NCBI RefSeq assembly: GCF_009914755.1
Contig: NC_060940.1
Length of the DNA stretch: 64,000 nucleotides
From: the human T2T-CHM13v2.0 reference genome, Homo sapiens
Strand: one strand, 5' to 3'
Within the stretch, counting starts at the first letter, position 1, and each line of letters opens with the position of its first letter. The translations under genes and the position numbers were made by a program. The notes beneath the pieces were generated by a model. That model saw nothing but the letters and a program-made list of their open reading frames with translations. It did not search any database and was not told where the DNA came from. Shown here piece by piece: positions 17,361 to 41,595 of the stretch.

Positions 17361-17839
17361 GTTGTTATTGTTGTTGCAGCTGTTGGCTCTATTTTCCTGA
17401 ATAGGGGTTCTTTTTAAAAAGCCAACTAATGCCCTCCTTTAAGTTCTTCAAAGGCACAAAGCAGGCTCCCATCTCACCTTGGAAATCACTGATTTGTTTT
17501 CTGCTCCTATACTTTTGCCTTTTCCAGCATGTTACATAAATGGAGTCATACATCATGTAGCCTTCGAGTCTGGCTTCCTTCACTTGGCTCCATGCGTTTG
17601 CTGTTGTCCCACGTGTTTGGGTGTGTGCGTAGTCCCTTCCTTTTTATTGCTGAACAGTATTCCACTGTAGAACCCAGCAAGAGGAGAAACATGAAGGAAG
17701 GGGTTCTTAACTCTGCTGAGGAATAAACACATACGACTTTTACGTAAGACTCGTTTATTTGAACCTATGGATTGTGATGGTCTCGAGCTTCACTGTTCAT
17801 CAAAGCCATCCACTGACAGATTTTGTTTTTAATTTCTGA

Positions 17840-18259
<420 letters not shown>

Positions 18260-18453
18260 TAATAGCTCCCAGGTGACTCTAACATGCAGCCAGGATTGAG
18301 ACCCACTGATGTATTGGAATTGACTTTGCTACCTACCAGTTTTATGATTCAGGAGAAATCACTGAATGATAAATCACAACTTTTTTTCTTTTTAGATGAA
18401 GAATAATAATAGCTGCCCAGTCTAGCTCACCAAGTTATCATGGAATTAAAATG

Positions 18454-18746
18454 TTTTATTTTTTATTTTCAGAGACAAGGTCTTAGTTTGCTGTACAGGC
18501 TGAAGTGCAGTGGTGCAATCATAGCTCACTACGGACTTGAACTCATGAGTTCAAACGATTCTCCCAGTTCAGCCTCCCAAGTAGATAGGGCTACAGTTGT
18601 ACACCACCACAAACAGCTAATTTTTTTTGTAGAGATGGGGGTCTCACTATGTTGCCCAAGCTAGTCTCGAACTCCTGGCCTTAAGTGATTCTCTCACCTT
18701 GGCCCCCCAAAGTGCTGGGATGACAAATGTGGGCCACCGTGCCCAG
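18454..18746 (-). mobile_element. Alu (AluJ)
   Basis: Diverged reverse Alu. Confidence 0.88.
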
Positions 18747-18870
18747 TCTCTAAATGTAACAACACAGGAGATAGTGTTCTGTAAACTGTAGATGCAGAAA
18801 TGAATGGTGTCAGTATGGAGGTGATTATATATCAGTGACTTTCCTATTTGAAAAGTACTGGAGGTTCTTT

Positions 18871-19529
<659 letters not shown>

Positions 19530-20480
19530 AGTATTTGTATTTAAAGAAAAACACAATACCAGTGTGGCTGATGGGCTGGCATTTAGCCAAACATTTCTCA
19601 TTCACAATACTTTCAACCCAGGGTGAGCCCTGAGATGGCAGGACCAAAGAAACCTTTAGGAGTTGGTCTTGATTTGTATTATATTTCATCGTAAAGTTCC
19701 AACAATCGTTGTTTAAGCGCCAGATTCTTTTTTCCTTCTGCTTTCTCTTGAGTATGTGGCTTCCCCACATTGTTGGTCTGCTTTCCCCAGCTTCCTCTTC
19801 CTCCTTTCCAGAGAGGGGCGTCTCCTGCTGCAGCTGTTCCAGGAAGGGGGGTGGGGGTGCATTTCCTCCCTTTGTGTGAGCTCATTAGCCCTGTCTCTGG
19901 CTTTCCTCCGGGGACAGCCAGCCAACCAGGTGAGCCAGTGTCATTTAAAGGAGCACTTCCGTTCTCAGGCAGGGGTTGGTTGTCGTTTCTGGCTGACTTC
20001 AGATATGGCCCAGGTGAAGAGAGATGGCATCTGGCACAGAGAATGGCCAGCAGCTTGGTGTATGAGTCACATTTTCCTGGTAAATAGTATGCTGCCTAGA
20101 TCTCCTGTGCAAGACAATTATTTTTTGATCCTTTGCAATTTGGGGTCTGATTTGAAGGCAATATAGCATCATAGTTAAGCAAGCAGGTGCTACAATGAGA
20201 TGGATTCATTTGCTAATATTCACTCACTAGTAATTATTGAGTGCTTACAATGTGGCAGGCAGGCATTGTTCTGGATGCTAGGCAACCTGCAGGGAAGGAG
20301 ACAAAGTCCCTGCCCTCATGGAGCTTGCATTCTTTCAGGAGACTGTAAACAGATACAAATAAATGCATAGTAACATAATGTCAAAGAGTGTGTCAGTTAG
20401 CTATTGTCACAATAATGCTGCATAACAAATCACCCCCAAACTCCAAAACTCAGCAGCTCACAATATACATTTACATCTTA

Positions 20481-20851
20481 TAACCACACCATGGGTTCTT
20501 CCTGTGTGCTGTACAAACAAAAGCAATTCATAGAAACCAGGCATTGCAGTAAAGAAAGAGTTTAATTGACACGAGGCCAGCCATGCCACATGGGAGACAG
20601 AGTTATTACTCAAATCAATATCCCCAAAGGCTCGGAGGCTAGAGGTTTTTCAAAGATAGTTTGGTGGGGTGGGGGGGCTAGGGAATGGGTGCTGCTGATT
20701 GGTTGGGGATGAACTCATAGGGGTGTGGAAAGCAGTCCTCATGTGCTGAGTCTACTTCTGGGTGGGGAGCCACAGGACTGGTTGAGTCACAGCACAGGTC
20801 TGGGTGAGGCCATCCGGTAGTCAGAAATGCAAAAGCCTGAAAAGACATCTC
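20481..20851 (-). mobile_element. LTR8-family LTR fragment nested in MLT/L2 remnants
   Basis: cattgcagtaaagaaagagtttaattgac...gttattactcaaatc...cagaaatgcaaaagcctgaaaagacatctc. Confidence 0.7.
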
Positions 20852-21034
20852 GGCTACTATTTTAGATGGTGAATTTGGTCAAGGAAGGCCTCTCTGAGAA
20901 GGTGTTATTTGATCTGAGACCTGAATGAAGTTCATTCTAGGCAGAAGGAAAAGCACATGCAAAGGCCTGCAGGAGCAGGAGGGTGCTGGATGTATTGAGG
21001 ACCAGCAAGAGAGTCAGTGTGTAAGTGAGCTGGA

Positions 21035-21533
21035 GCTGGGCATGGTGGTAGAGGCTAATGGAGGCTAAAGTGAGGGGATGGCTTGAGCCCAGGAGGTTGA
21101 GGCTACAGTGAGCTATGATTGCACCACTATACTCCAGCCTGGGTGACAGAGCGAGACTCTCTGTCTAAAAAATACATTATATATATATTAGAAAATAAAA
21201 GTGAGGCCAGGCTCAGTGGCTCACACCTGTAATTTCAGCACTTTGGGAGGCTGAGGCGGGCAAATCACTTGAGTACAGGAGTTTGAGACTAGCCTGGGCA
21301 ACATGGTGAAATGAACTCACTACAAAAAATACAAAAAAAAAATAGCTGAGTGTGGTGGCACACACCTGTAGTCCTAGCTACTTGGGAACCCGAGGTGGAG
21401 GATGGCTTGAGCCCGGGAGGCAGAGCTTGCAGTGAGCTGAGATCATGCCACTGCATTCCAGCCTGGGTGACAGAGCAAGACCCTGTCTCAAACCACTCCC
21501 CACCCCCCCACCCCCCAAAAAAAGAAAAAATAA
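21035..21533 (+). mobile_element. Alu right monomer followed by AluJ
   Basis: Alu matches at about 21035-21172 and 21205-21533 within L2 remnants. Confidence 0.88.
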
Positions 21534-21703
21534 AGCAGTGAGCTAGAGGTGAATGGGAGAGGAGATGAGGAAGCAGTCAGGGGACAGATCTTGTAGAATC
21601 AAAGGTGAGCTTTCATTTGGATGCTGGAACTTTGGATTTTATTCTGACTGATAAGAAATGATGGGCAGAAGAATGACATGATCTGAGTTTTCATCAGGAA
21701 ACT

Positions 21704-22200
21704 GTAGTCAGCATCCACAGTGACTCCCCAATAACCCCCACCCCCTGGGATTCCCATTACTGGGGAGTCTCTTCCCACATTGTATCAGGGTTAATATGTG
21801 TGGCAGTAGAATATGGCAGAAATAATGGTGTGCCACATCCAAGATTAGGTTATTAAAGACACAGCAGTCTTGTGCTCACTTGTTCTCTCCCTCTGGGATC
21901 ATTCCCTCTGGAGGATGCCAGCTGGTCTTGATCATCCCTATGGGGGCACCTACATGGCAAGAAACTGAGGCCTCTAGCCAACAGCCATGGGAGGGAGCCA
22001 TTGTGGAAGTGGATCCTCCAGCCCAGTCAAGCCTTCAGATGATTGCAGGCCCAGCTGACATCCTAACTGCAGCCTCAACCCTAAGCCAGAATGCCCCAGC
22101 TAAGCTGCTCCTATGTTCCTAATCTTCAGAAATTGTGTTGTTTCTTAAACCTGCCACGCCTGGGGGATGTTTGTTATGCAGCAATGGAGACCAATACAAT
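21704..22200 (+). mobile_element. MLT1 (ERVL-MaLR) LTR
   Basis: ggaagtggatcctccagcccagtcaagccttcagatg...ttgttatgcagcaat...aataca. Confidence 0.75.
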
Positions 22201-22284
22201 AACTCAGGCTGCTGCAGAGAGAACAGATTGTAAGAGGATAAAAGTAGAAGCAGGAAAACTTGTAATATTTGTTTGCATCCTTGC

Positions 22285-22442
22285 TACTCAAATTATGGTC
22301 CAAGAACCAGTGCTATTATCATCATCAACTGGCATCTGGTTGGCATGCAGAATCTCAGGCCCCATCCAGACCTCCTGAATCAAAATCTGCATCTTTACAT
22401 GGTTCCCAGGAGAGTCTTTGCATGCTGAAGTTTGAGAAGCAG
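22285..22442. mobile_element. MER5A hAT MITE
   Basis: gcagaatctcaggccccatccagacc...aagtttgagaagc. Confidence 0.7.
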
Positions 22443-23425
22443 CCCTATGGGTGACAGCCTAGTAGGGTGCCATGATCTGGGTTTTAATCCTGGCTTGCCA
22501 ACAATGTGACCTTCAGTACATCACTTAATTTTCCTAAGCCTCAGTTTCCTTTCTTGTAAAATGGGGATAATAATATTGCTGCTGTCACAGGGTCATATGT
22601 GAGGGCATAAATGAAATGGTGCAGGTTGCACAGTGCTTGGCACATGGTTAAGGGCTCATAAGTATTAGCTCTGTATTGGCTGGGTCTGATCCATGCATTT
22701 TCTCCCTAAGAATATATTCCTGATCATTTCCTGATGATGTTCCTTAAATGAGTATTTTTTTTAATTCCCTGTCAAAGAAAATCCTGTTTTGTTTTTTTTA
22801 AAAAAACATCCTTGAGCTCATCAAGAAAACTTTTGTCTGTGCCCAGCATGATTCCAGCCATACCCCAGAATGAAGGCGCCTGGTTTCCATGGTCTGTTTC
22901 TAGGCCCAGTTCTCAGGGCAATTTTCAGGGCCACCCGGCAGGCCAAAATAGGCCACAGCACTATAAATAGTGGATTTGGGCTGCTTCGGGCCTGACTTCT
23001 CAGGTCAGGCCCTTCCCTTCCCCCTGCCTGCTCCTGTAGTTGTTTAAACATACTCTGGGTTAGAGCTGCAAGTGTATTTTCCTTAATATGCCCAGAAAAT
23101 GTCTTGCCAACTTGCCAGGCTATCAGCAAAACTCCCTTTTTATTTGCTCAGTCACAATGTACCCCCAGTATGTGACGAAAACTGATAAACCACACTCCAG
23201 GTTTCACTCAGTGGTTCACACAGGGTTCACTGCAGTGAACTGGCTCCAGGGCTCAGGGATTTGAGAAGCCTGAGTGCCACCCTGCCTCTCTTGCCATGTG
23301 ACCTTGTATGAGTATTTCACTTCTCAGAGCCTCATTTTCCTTATCTGTACGTGAGGCTGATAATAATAAGGAATTCTAGTTCCTAGGGTGGTTGTGTGGA
23401 GTAAATGAGAAACCTGTATATTAGC

Positions 23426-23601
23426 AGGACTGGTTATATATTAATTTGCAGGGCCCAGAGGAAAATGAAAATGCGGGGCTCCTTGTTCAAAGTGATTAAG
23501 AATTTCTAGATAGTGTCAGCAGAGCATAAAATAAGTGTGAGGCCCTTGTAAGCATGAGTCCTGTGCAGTTGCACAGGGCAGTGCCCATGAAGCCAGGCCT
23601 G
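23426..23601 (-). mobile_element. MER45A DNA transposon
   Basis: caggactgg...gaaaatgaaaatgcgggg...gcccatgaagccaggcctg. Confidence 0.75.
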
Positions 23602-23667
23602 CATGTGAGCCACCTAGTACCCTGCCTGGGGTTAGCACCAGCCAAATCTCCAACTTTCCTAGGGTCA

Positions 23668-24905
<1,238 letters not shown>

Positions 24906-25015
24906 CTTTAGAGTTAGGCCATGTAGGTTCAAGTGCTGGCTACAGTATGCACAAGTTTAGGCAAGTTATTCTACCTCTCCTTGACTCGGTTTCCTCTTTG
25001 AAAATAGGGATGTTC

Positions 25016-25622
<607 letters not shown>

Positions 25623-25801
25623 GAAAATGGGGATGGCAATAGTTTCTAATTTGTATGGTTGTTCTGAGAATTAAAAGTTAATATGTATAAAAGTCTTAAA
25701 ATAGTGCTGGCACTATTATGTAATGAAAGTACTACGTAAAAGTCAGCTCTTGAATACGTATTAGTGGTAAAGAAGAGATCAAGGCATTGAAGGCATTGTA
25801 C

Positions 25802-26083
25802 GGTCTGGGTACAGTGGCTCACGCCTGTAATCCCAACACTTTGGGAGGCAGAAGCTAGTGGATTGCTTGAGTTCAGGAGCTTGAGACCAGCCTGGGGAAC
25901 ATGGCAAAACCTGGTCTCTACAAAAAATATAAAAATCAGCCAGGTGTAGTGGTGCATGCCCGTGGTCCCAGCTACTCGGGAGAATGGCTTGAGCCCAGGA
26001 GGTTGAAGCCGCAGTGAGCCCAGATCATGCCACTGCACTCAAGCCTGGGTGACAGAGCGAGACCCTGTCTCAAAACAACAACA
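25802..26083 (+). mobile_element. Alu (AluJ)
   Basis: TSD gcattgtac. Confidence 0.88.
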
Positions 26084-26748
26084 ATGCATTGTACAATGAT
26101 ATGGTCTCTAGCATAGCAAACTTTGCTGTAGTTTAACCCTGTAAATCATTGGAAAGTTTATCAAATACCTTAAATGCTTTTGCAACTTATTCATTCCCTG
26201 GTTATTTGGGTAAACAAGTACAGCGAACAGTTGGATGAACTTTATCTGAACTATTATCACTGAGCTGTTGGGGGAAATTCCGTCTTTTCCAAATCTGTAC
26301 TGCGATATAGTCTTATTATTAAAGGGACTTTAACAAAAAATAGGTGTGGCTTCCTGGGAGGCCTCTTTATATCTGGCACTGCAAAGACGACCCCACCAAA
26401 AAGCAGCTGCTCTTCATGAGTCACAGAGATAGTGCCTTGCTGACTATACATTAATGACCTGAGCAGTCCTTTTTGACTCAGATTTTGTGGATTTGAAATA
26501 ATCAACGTGCCATTCATGTGAGCAAGAACTGAAAGTTGTACAGATGTTAGGATGCTAAGTCTTGTAACATTAAGTTCATTCTTAACATTCTGTTTATTAG
26601 AACAGTGTTCCCCAAACTTTTCAGATCATTAGAATCACCTAGGTTTCTTCCTGAACATGCTGAAACCTTGGTTCTACCTCACACATACTCAATCAGTACC
26701 TACAGGGAAAGGGTCTGGGATTCTGTTTTGAACAAGTACCTTCAGTGA

Positions 26749-27093
<345 letters not shown>

Positions 27094-27189
27094 TAGCATT
27101 AAATTAATATTTATGTAATACATATAGACAGATGGAAGAGGCAATAGGGAAGCTGGGGGCTATAGGTTCTAATGACCACTCAAGAGCGG

Positions 27190-27410
27190 GTGTTTGTAAA
27201 CTATAGCCCACAGAGCAAATCTAGCCTACTGCCTGTTTTATAAAGTTTTGTTAAAATACAATATGCCTATTTTAAAAACATGTTTTCTATGGGTGCTTTT
27301 GTACTATAATGTCAGAGTTGGCATTATTATGACAGAGACCATATGATGCACAAAGCCGAAAATATTTACTATCTGATCTTTTACAAAAAAACAGTTTACT
27401 GACCCCTGGA
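27190..27410. mobile_element. MER58-like hAT MITE
   Basis: aaatatttactatctg...tttactgacccctg end motif. Confidence 0.7.
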
Positions 27411-27419
27411 TAAGAGATA

Positions 27420-29580
<2,161 letters not shown>

Positions 29581-29586
29581 AGGGTC

Positions 29587-29885
29587 TTTTTTTTTTTTTT
29601 TTTTGAGACAGGGTCTCAGTCTGCTGCCCAGGTCGGAGTGCCATGGTGCAGTCACATTGACTGCACCCTCGACCTTCTGGGCTCAAGCAATCCTGCCACC
29701 TCAGCCTCCCAAGTAGCTGGAAATACAGGCATGCACCACCACACTTGTCTAAAATTTAGTTTTTTTGTAGAGCTGAAGTCTCACTAAAATGCCTAGGCTG
29801 GTCTCGAATTCCTGTGCTCAAGTGATCCAGCTACCTCATCCTCCCAAATTGCTGGGATTATAGGCGTGAGCCACTACGCCTGGCC
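29587..29885 (-). mobile_element. Alu (AluJ)
   Basis: TSD agagggtc. Confidence 0.9.
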
Positions 29886-30167
29886 TGGAGAGGGTCCTTA
29901 ATGATAAAGGAATAATTATCATTTTCTGTATTTTCCATTTGATTATATTTTTTAATGTCATTCACCAGCCACCCAACTGAATTTACCACTCACTAATATG
30001 ACACAACAGACTGAAAAATGCTGCTCTAGAACACACTTCTAAACCTCCCTGAAAGCCCCAAGTAACTCTAAGAGGACTACTGTCCCACCGCAGTAGAATA
30101 TCTGTAACACTTCCACAATACCAGGGAATAGGTGATATCTACAGCTTTTACAAATTAGATCCTTAAA

Positions 30168-30495
<328 letters not shown>

Positions 30496-30834
30496 TTAAG
30501 ACAATAAGGAACACTAATAATTACCAGAATGAAAAACTAGCTTTTGTTTTGTTTCATTTTGCCAAAGATCTAAGAAGAAATCACAAAGCTTCCTTATAAA
30601 GTTGAATTCAAGAGAGTTATGAACTCTGAATATTTTATTAATATAAGATCATTGAAAAAGATTTTGCAAACATATACTTCCTTTATGTTGAAATCTGCTT
30701 TTCTTGAGTATAAAATCCTCCAGTATAATCATTAGTATGTCACATCATTAGCAAAGATGTATTAAGAACCTTCTATGAGGCATCTCACACCAAGTCGGTG
30801 GTTCACTCTTGTGAACATGACTGAAGAGGCCTGA

Positions 30835-31494
<660 letters not shown>

Positions 31495-31599
31495 TAACTG
31501 GCTCCTCAGCCACTTGGTTCCATGTACTAATAGCAATTGTAAGATTCAACCTCAGAGCTGAATCCAGATTATTCTCACTACTTCAGCAATTGATTTAAG

Positions 31600-31830
31600 A
31601 AATTACTAACAGTGAGAGCTTGCTATGTGTAATGACACTGGTTTAGCACTTTGCATGTATTATCTCAGCTTATTTTCACACCAACCCAATGAAAAAATAT
31701 TTTTATTTTCCCCATTTTACAGATGAGAAAATTGAGGCTCAGGGAGTTTAAGGAACCTGCCCAAGGCTCCTTAGTTTGTAATTTGTGGAGCTGAGATTCA
31801 GCCTCAGGCTATCGGATCCAGGGTTGGCTT
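31600..31830 (-). mobile_element. MIR
   Basis: cccattttacagatgagaaaattgaggctcag core. Confidence 0.8.
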
Positions 31831-33124
31831 TTAAAACCAATATGGTACCCTGTACTAGCTTCCATCAGGGTAATCTATAATTAGGAGAATCTGATGGTGT
31901 CATGGGCATTTTTTTAAAAAAACTGACATAAATAATGTATACCCTATTTATGTTCCCGTCTTGAAGGAGCAAATAGAGACTCCACACAGTACTTTTATTT
32001 TAAAAATAAAAGTAGAAAGCTCTTAGTAAGGGAGGCTTTGTTTGGCAATGAAATTGTTTATGTGTTAAACATTAAACTGCATTCCATGGTATTTGCTGAT
32101 TGGCACAACTACTGCCATTGAAATTGATTCCCTAATCATGATGATAATGACTGGGATTAGCCCAGTTCAATGGGTGCGTGCTTTCCCCAGGGCTCACAAA
32201 AGCCTTCTCTAGAGATCCAGGCTTCCGTGGTAATGAACTAACAAGGCTGCTGTATTCTCTATGGGTAAATAGCAGTCCTCACTTCAAAATGAAGGAAATT
32301 AAGGAAAAGATGAAAGGGTCTCTGGCCAGACAGAGCAAAATCACGCTAAACTGGTCAGCAGAACCCTATGAACAACTGCAGGCTTCCAGAATGATGAGGA
32401 AATGGATGTTTCTGTTTTTGTTGTTGTTGTTGTTGAGTATTTAGGTAATGGAGAGTCAAACGATTATAGGAAAAATTAATTAATTATTTATAAGTTAAAG
32501 GACTTTTATTTGCCCCTCAGAACCTGTTAACTTAAAATTTTAAACAGTTCTTGTATTCCTAAAACAATACATGCTCATTGTAAATATCCCAAACAATCCA
32601 GTCCAGAAAAACATGGACTGAAAAGTGACAGTCCCTGATGACGAACCCACCTTGTATGTCCTTCCAAACATTAAGAGTAAACCAATTGTAAAGAAAGAAT
32701 TTGACTGTGATAAAACATAGTCAAGTTGCTGATTATAACTAGACCTTCCTTTAATGATTCAGAAGATCCGTTGGGTTTATTCTCATGAAGGTTATCAGTT
32801 GTCGCGGTCCAGAAGTATGGGTATTCTTGTGTGCTTAGATCCCGATAAACACGAGCCTGTGGGAAAGTTGGGGTTAATCCCTTGTTTGCCTCCTCCCCTG
32901 CCCTTCGCCTCTAGGAGGGTTTGGGTTGCTGAGATCACAGCTAAAGTTATGGCTAGTAAGATATGATAACTCATCCTACCCAGAACCGAGATGTCTAGGA
33001 TGCCTGATTCTTATGAGCATGAGACTTTAAGAAATACTGTAAAAACACTGGTTTGTAATCATAAAGATCTGGGGGCTTATCCCATGTTCTGTGACATTAA
33101 TATAGAGCTGATTTTCCTCTCTGA

Positions 33125-33491
<367 letters not shown>

Positions 33492-33829
33492 GTTTTTTAT
33501 ATATATTTAGAGATAAATTGTGTATTTTCTTTTTATTAAGCAAGGTAAACTTCCATTTGTAAGTTTAGCTGAAAACAATCAATCTTCTTTATTTGGGAGT
33601 AAAAAAATCAGTTGAATGGTTTTCTTAAAACAAGTAAGGCACCCTATGCTCTGGAAGAGGAAGTAATAGGAACGACTTTATTTTTCTTGAGTTTGACAAG
33701 ACCGTCTATCCAAATTCCTCTCGGCGAGTAAAGCTCTGGGGTGGCATTGGATCAATTGGCATAAAAAATCTAGAATTGTCTGGGAGGAAAGGGATTGAGA
33801 TCACCGCAATCCCAATATTTCTCCCCAAG

Positions 33830-33914
33830 TTTCCTAGTTATCAAAACCTGTTGGAGGCCTTTGCTATAGAAGAACAGGATCAGAGAGATGAAGTGTTAAA
33901 GGGTGTCCACGATG
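33830..33914 (+). other. Candidate alternative IQCK exon (85 nt), FPSYQNLLEAFAIEEQDQRDEVLKGVHD
   Basis: Acceptor atttctccccaag|T, donor ATG|gtgagt, open in phase 0, purine-rich GAAGAA content, non-repetitive sequence. Confidence 0.5.
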
Positions 33915-34009
33915 GTGAGTGTGTTAAGGCTGGGCTCCCCACCACTGGTGGATCTGGACCTATCACGGTAGCTTTTGCTACTTATTCTTTTGTTTCAAAT
34001 TCCACAGGG

Positions 34010-34305
<296 letters not shown>

Positions 34306-34530
34306 TTTCACAAGGGCAAATCTCTTTGGATCGCCAGTAGACTTAGAATGTATTCTATAGACAATATTTCCACATTTCCCAAATGCTCTTTCAATCCAGC
34401 TGTGATTAACATGTTTGGAAGTAATTCATATGATAAATTGGAAGCAGTATTGACTATGTCAAAATTTAATAACTAGAGACTTAGTTTTATTTACCACTCC
34501 TATACCTTATTTAGAACGTCCATACATTTT

Positions 34531-34657
34531 GGCCGGGTGCGGTGGCTCACGCCTGTAATCCCAGCACTTTGGGAGGCCACGGGGGGCAGATCACGAGGTC
34601 AGGAAATCTAGACCATTCTTGCTAATACGGTGAAACTCTGTCTCTACTAAAAATACA
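34531..34657 (+). mobile_element. Alu left arm only, TSD-flanked
   Basis: agaacgtccatacatttt (34513-34530) / agaaagtccatacagttt (34657-34674). Confidence 0.85.
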
Positions 34658-34699
34658 GAAAGTCCATACAGTTTAACTTGAAAAAAAAAAACATGCATT

Positions 34700-37680
<2,981 letters not shown>

Positions 37681-38399
37681 CTAAGGTTCCTTGTGAATCT
37701 GATAAAATTTCAGTGGAGGGAAAGGACAACAAGGCTCTTTGATGTAAAATTATTAAGAGAGTTGGAAGAGGTGGCCCCTCTATCAATAGGGGATAGACGA
37801 GAGGGAATGGTAGTTCTGGGGCTAGGTGGTAGCTGATGGTGAAACCTGGCTCGGTCTCACCCTTTGGGGACTGTGTTTGTGTCCTAAGATGGTGGATGTA
37901 TGGGTAACTCGAGCAAGTTGAAACTTGGGAGCCCAGGCTTGGGCTCCCTCAAAGGATAGCAGTGACCATGGTAGGAAGCCCAGGGACCAAGGTAGGAAGT
38001 CCCAAGATCCAGTGGTGATCTGAAAAAGCAAGAAATTGAGCTTTGGCTTGGTGGCATCCCCATGGTCAGCAGAGTTGGGGAGCAGCCGACCCCTTTAGAC
38101 AAGCCTGGCTCTCTGGTCTGTCCTCATCCTGCACTCCCTTCACCAGTTTCTCTTAAATGCTGGGTCCTGCAGGCCTAGCAGGTTTCTATTTCTGCTTCAG
38201 TGTGCCCTGCATCCCTCCCAGCAGGAGAGACAGTAGTTCCTGACTATCAGACCGGCTGGTCTGAGTTGTGGCTTTAAGAAGAGAAGAGGACACCTGGGGT
38301 CCCTGGGGAGACATGAGGGGACCACGGCCTAGAGAGGGAAGCACTGACCGGGGCATGTGGCATGTGACTGCCCCAGTTCTGCATGCTCATTCCAGTTCA

Positions 38400-38765
<366 letters not shown>

Positions 38766-38776
38766 GTTGATTAAGA

Positions 38777-39315
38777 CAGTGGTCCCCAACCTTTTTGGCA
38801 CCAGGGACCAGTTTCGTGGAAAACAGTTTTTCCATGGATGAGGGACTGGGGTTGGGGGATGGTTTTGGGATGATACAAGCACGTTACATTTATTGTGTAC
38901 TTTCTTTCTATTATTATTACATTGTAATATGTAATGAAATAATTATACAACTCACCATCATGTAGAATCAGTGGCAACCCTGAGCTTGTTTTCCTGCAAC
39001 TAAGTGGTCCCATCTGGGGGGTGATGGGAGATGGTGACAGATCATCTGGCACTAGTTAGATTCTCATAAGGAACATGCAGCCTAGATCCCTCACATGTGC
39101 AGTTCACAATAGGATTCATGCTCCTATGAGAATCTAATGCTGCCACTGATCTGACAGGAGGTGGAGCTCAGGTGGTAATGTGAGCGATAGGGAGTGGCTG
39201 CAGATACAGATGAAGCTTCCCTGCTCACTCGCCACTCACCTTCTGTTGTACCGCCTGGTTCCTAACAGGCCATGGACCGGTACCAGCATGTGGCTGCAGG
39301 GGCTGGGTACCTCCG
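38777..39315. mobile_element. MER1A (hAT-Charlie) DNA transposon
   Basis: cagtggtccccaacctttttggcaccagggacc...tagattctcataagga...ttcctaacaggcca; about 530 bp. Confidence 0.85.
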
Positions 39316-40024
39316 AAATAAGGGGAACCCCCAAAGTAGCCCTATTTAATAGTTAGAGAGCTGAGTCAGGGACTTCTTTGGAAAATGTTGGATCTCATTT
39401 CTCAGGTTGTCTCACAGCATTCTTTTGTGACTTTAACTTATCTTTCAAGATAAAGTTGACACACATCCACATATGTAAAATCACTCCCTTCCAGTCTTGG
39501 AATCTGCTTTGTGAGATGCAGCTCCTCTGGCAAGTGAAGAGGTAGAAAGATGAACCAGGAAGAGGAAGGATGTGAGTGGCTGTGGCCTTTCTGAGCCGTT
39601 TGTTACTTTCTCACCTTGGAATTCCTGTATCATCCAAGACTGTTTCACCATTCTGCACCTCTTGCAGAGGCCAGTATCTCTCCCAGGAACACAATTACAC
39701 TCCATCCCTTCTTTCCATGGTGAACTCTAGTTCGTCCTTCAAAACAGCCCAGGGGTTTTCTGACCTCTCCAAGGCTGGGTTCGATGCCCCTTTGTTTTCC
39801 CTTGCACTCACCAACTTCCCTACTCTTACCATACCTTATTGATCTTATTCCTGTGTCTCCTCCTACACTTTAAGTTTCTCAAAGGCAGCTGGAATCAATC
39901 CATTCAAGTTTTAATTCCAGCTCCACCATATCCAGTACGACTTGGCAAGCCACTAAAACTCAGTTATCTCATCTGTAACATGGAGATAATCATTCCTGCC
40001 TTATTGGCTTGGCTTAGTGATTCA

Positions 40025-40495
<471 letters not shown>

Positions 40496-40675
40496 TCAAA
40501 CCATGCCTGGGAGATAAATGCTCAATAAATATGAGCTATAATAAAAATAAAAATAATTATTGTTGAAATTACTATTATTCATCTCTTTAATCTCAACGTC
40601 TAGCACAAAAGTTGGTATGAAGTAAGCAGTCAGTGTTAAATAGAACTGTGGTTAATGCATTAACTGTGGTGAACC

Positions 40676-41595
<920 letters not shown>

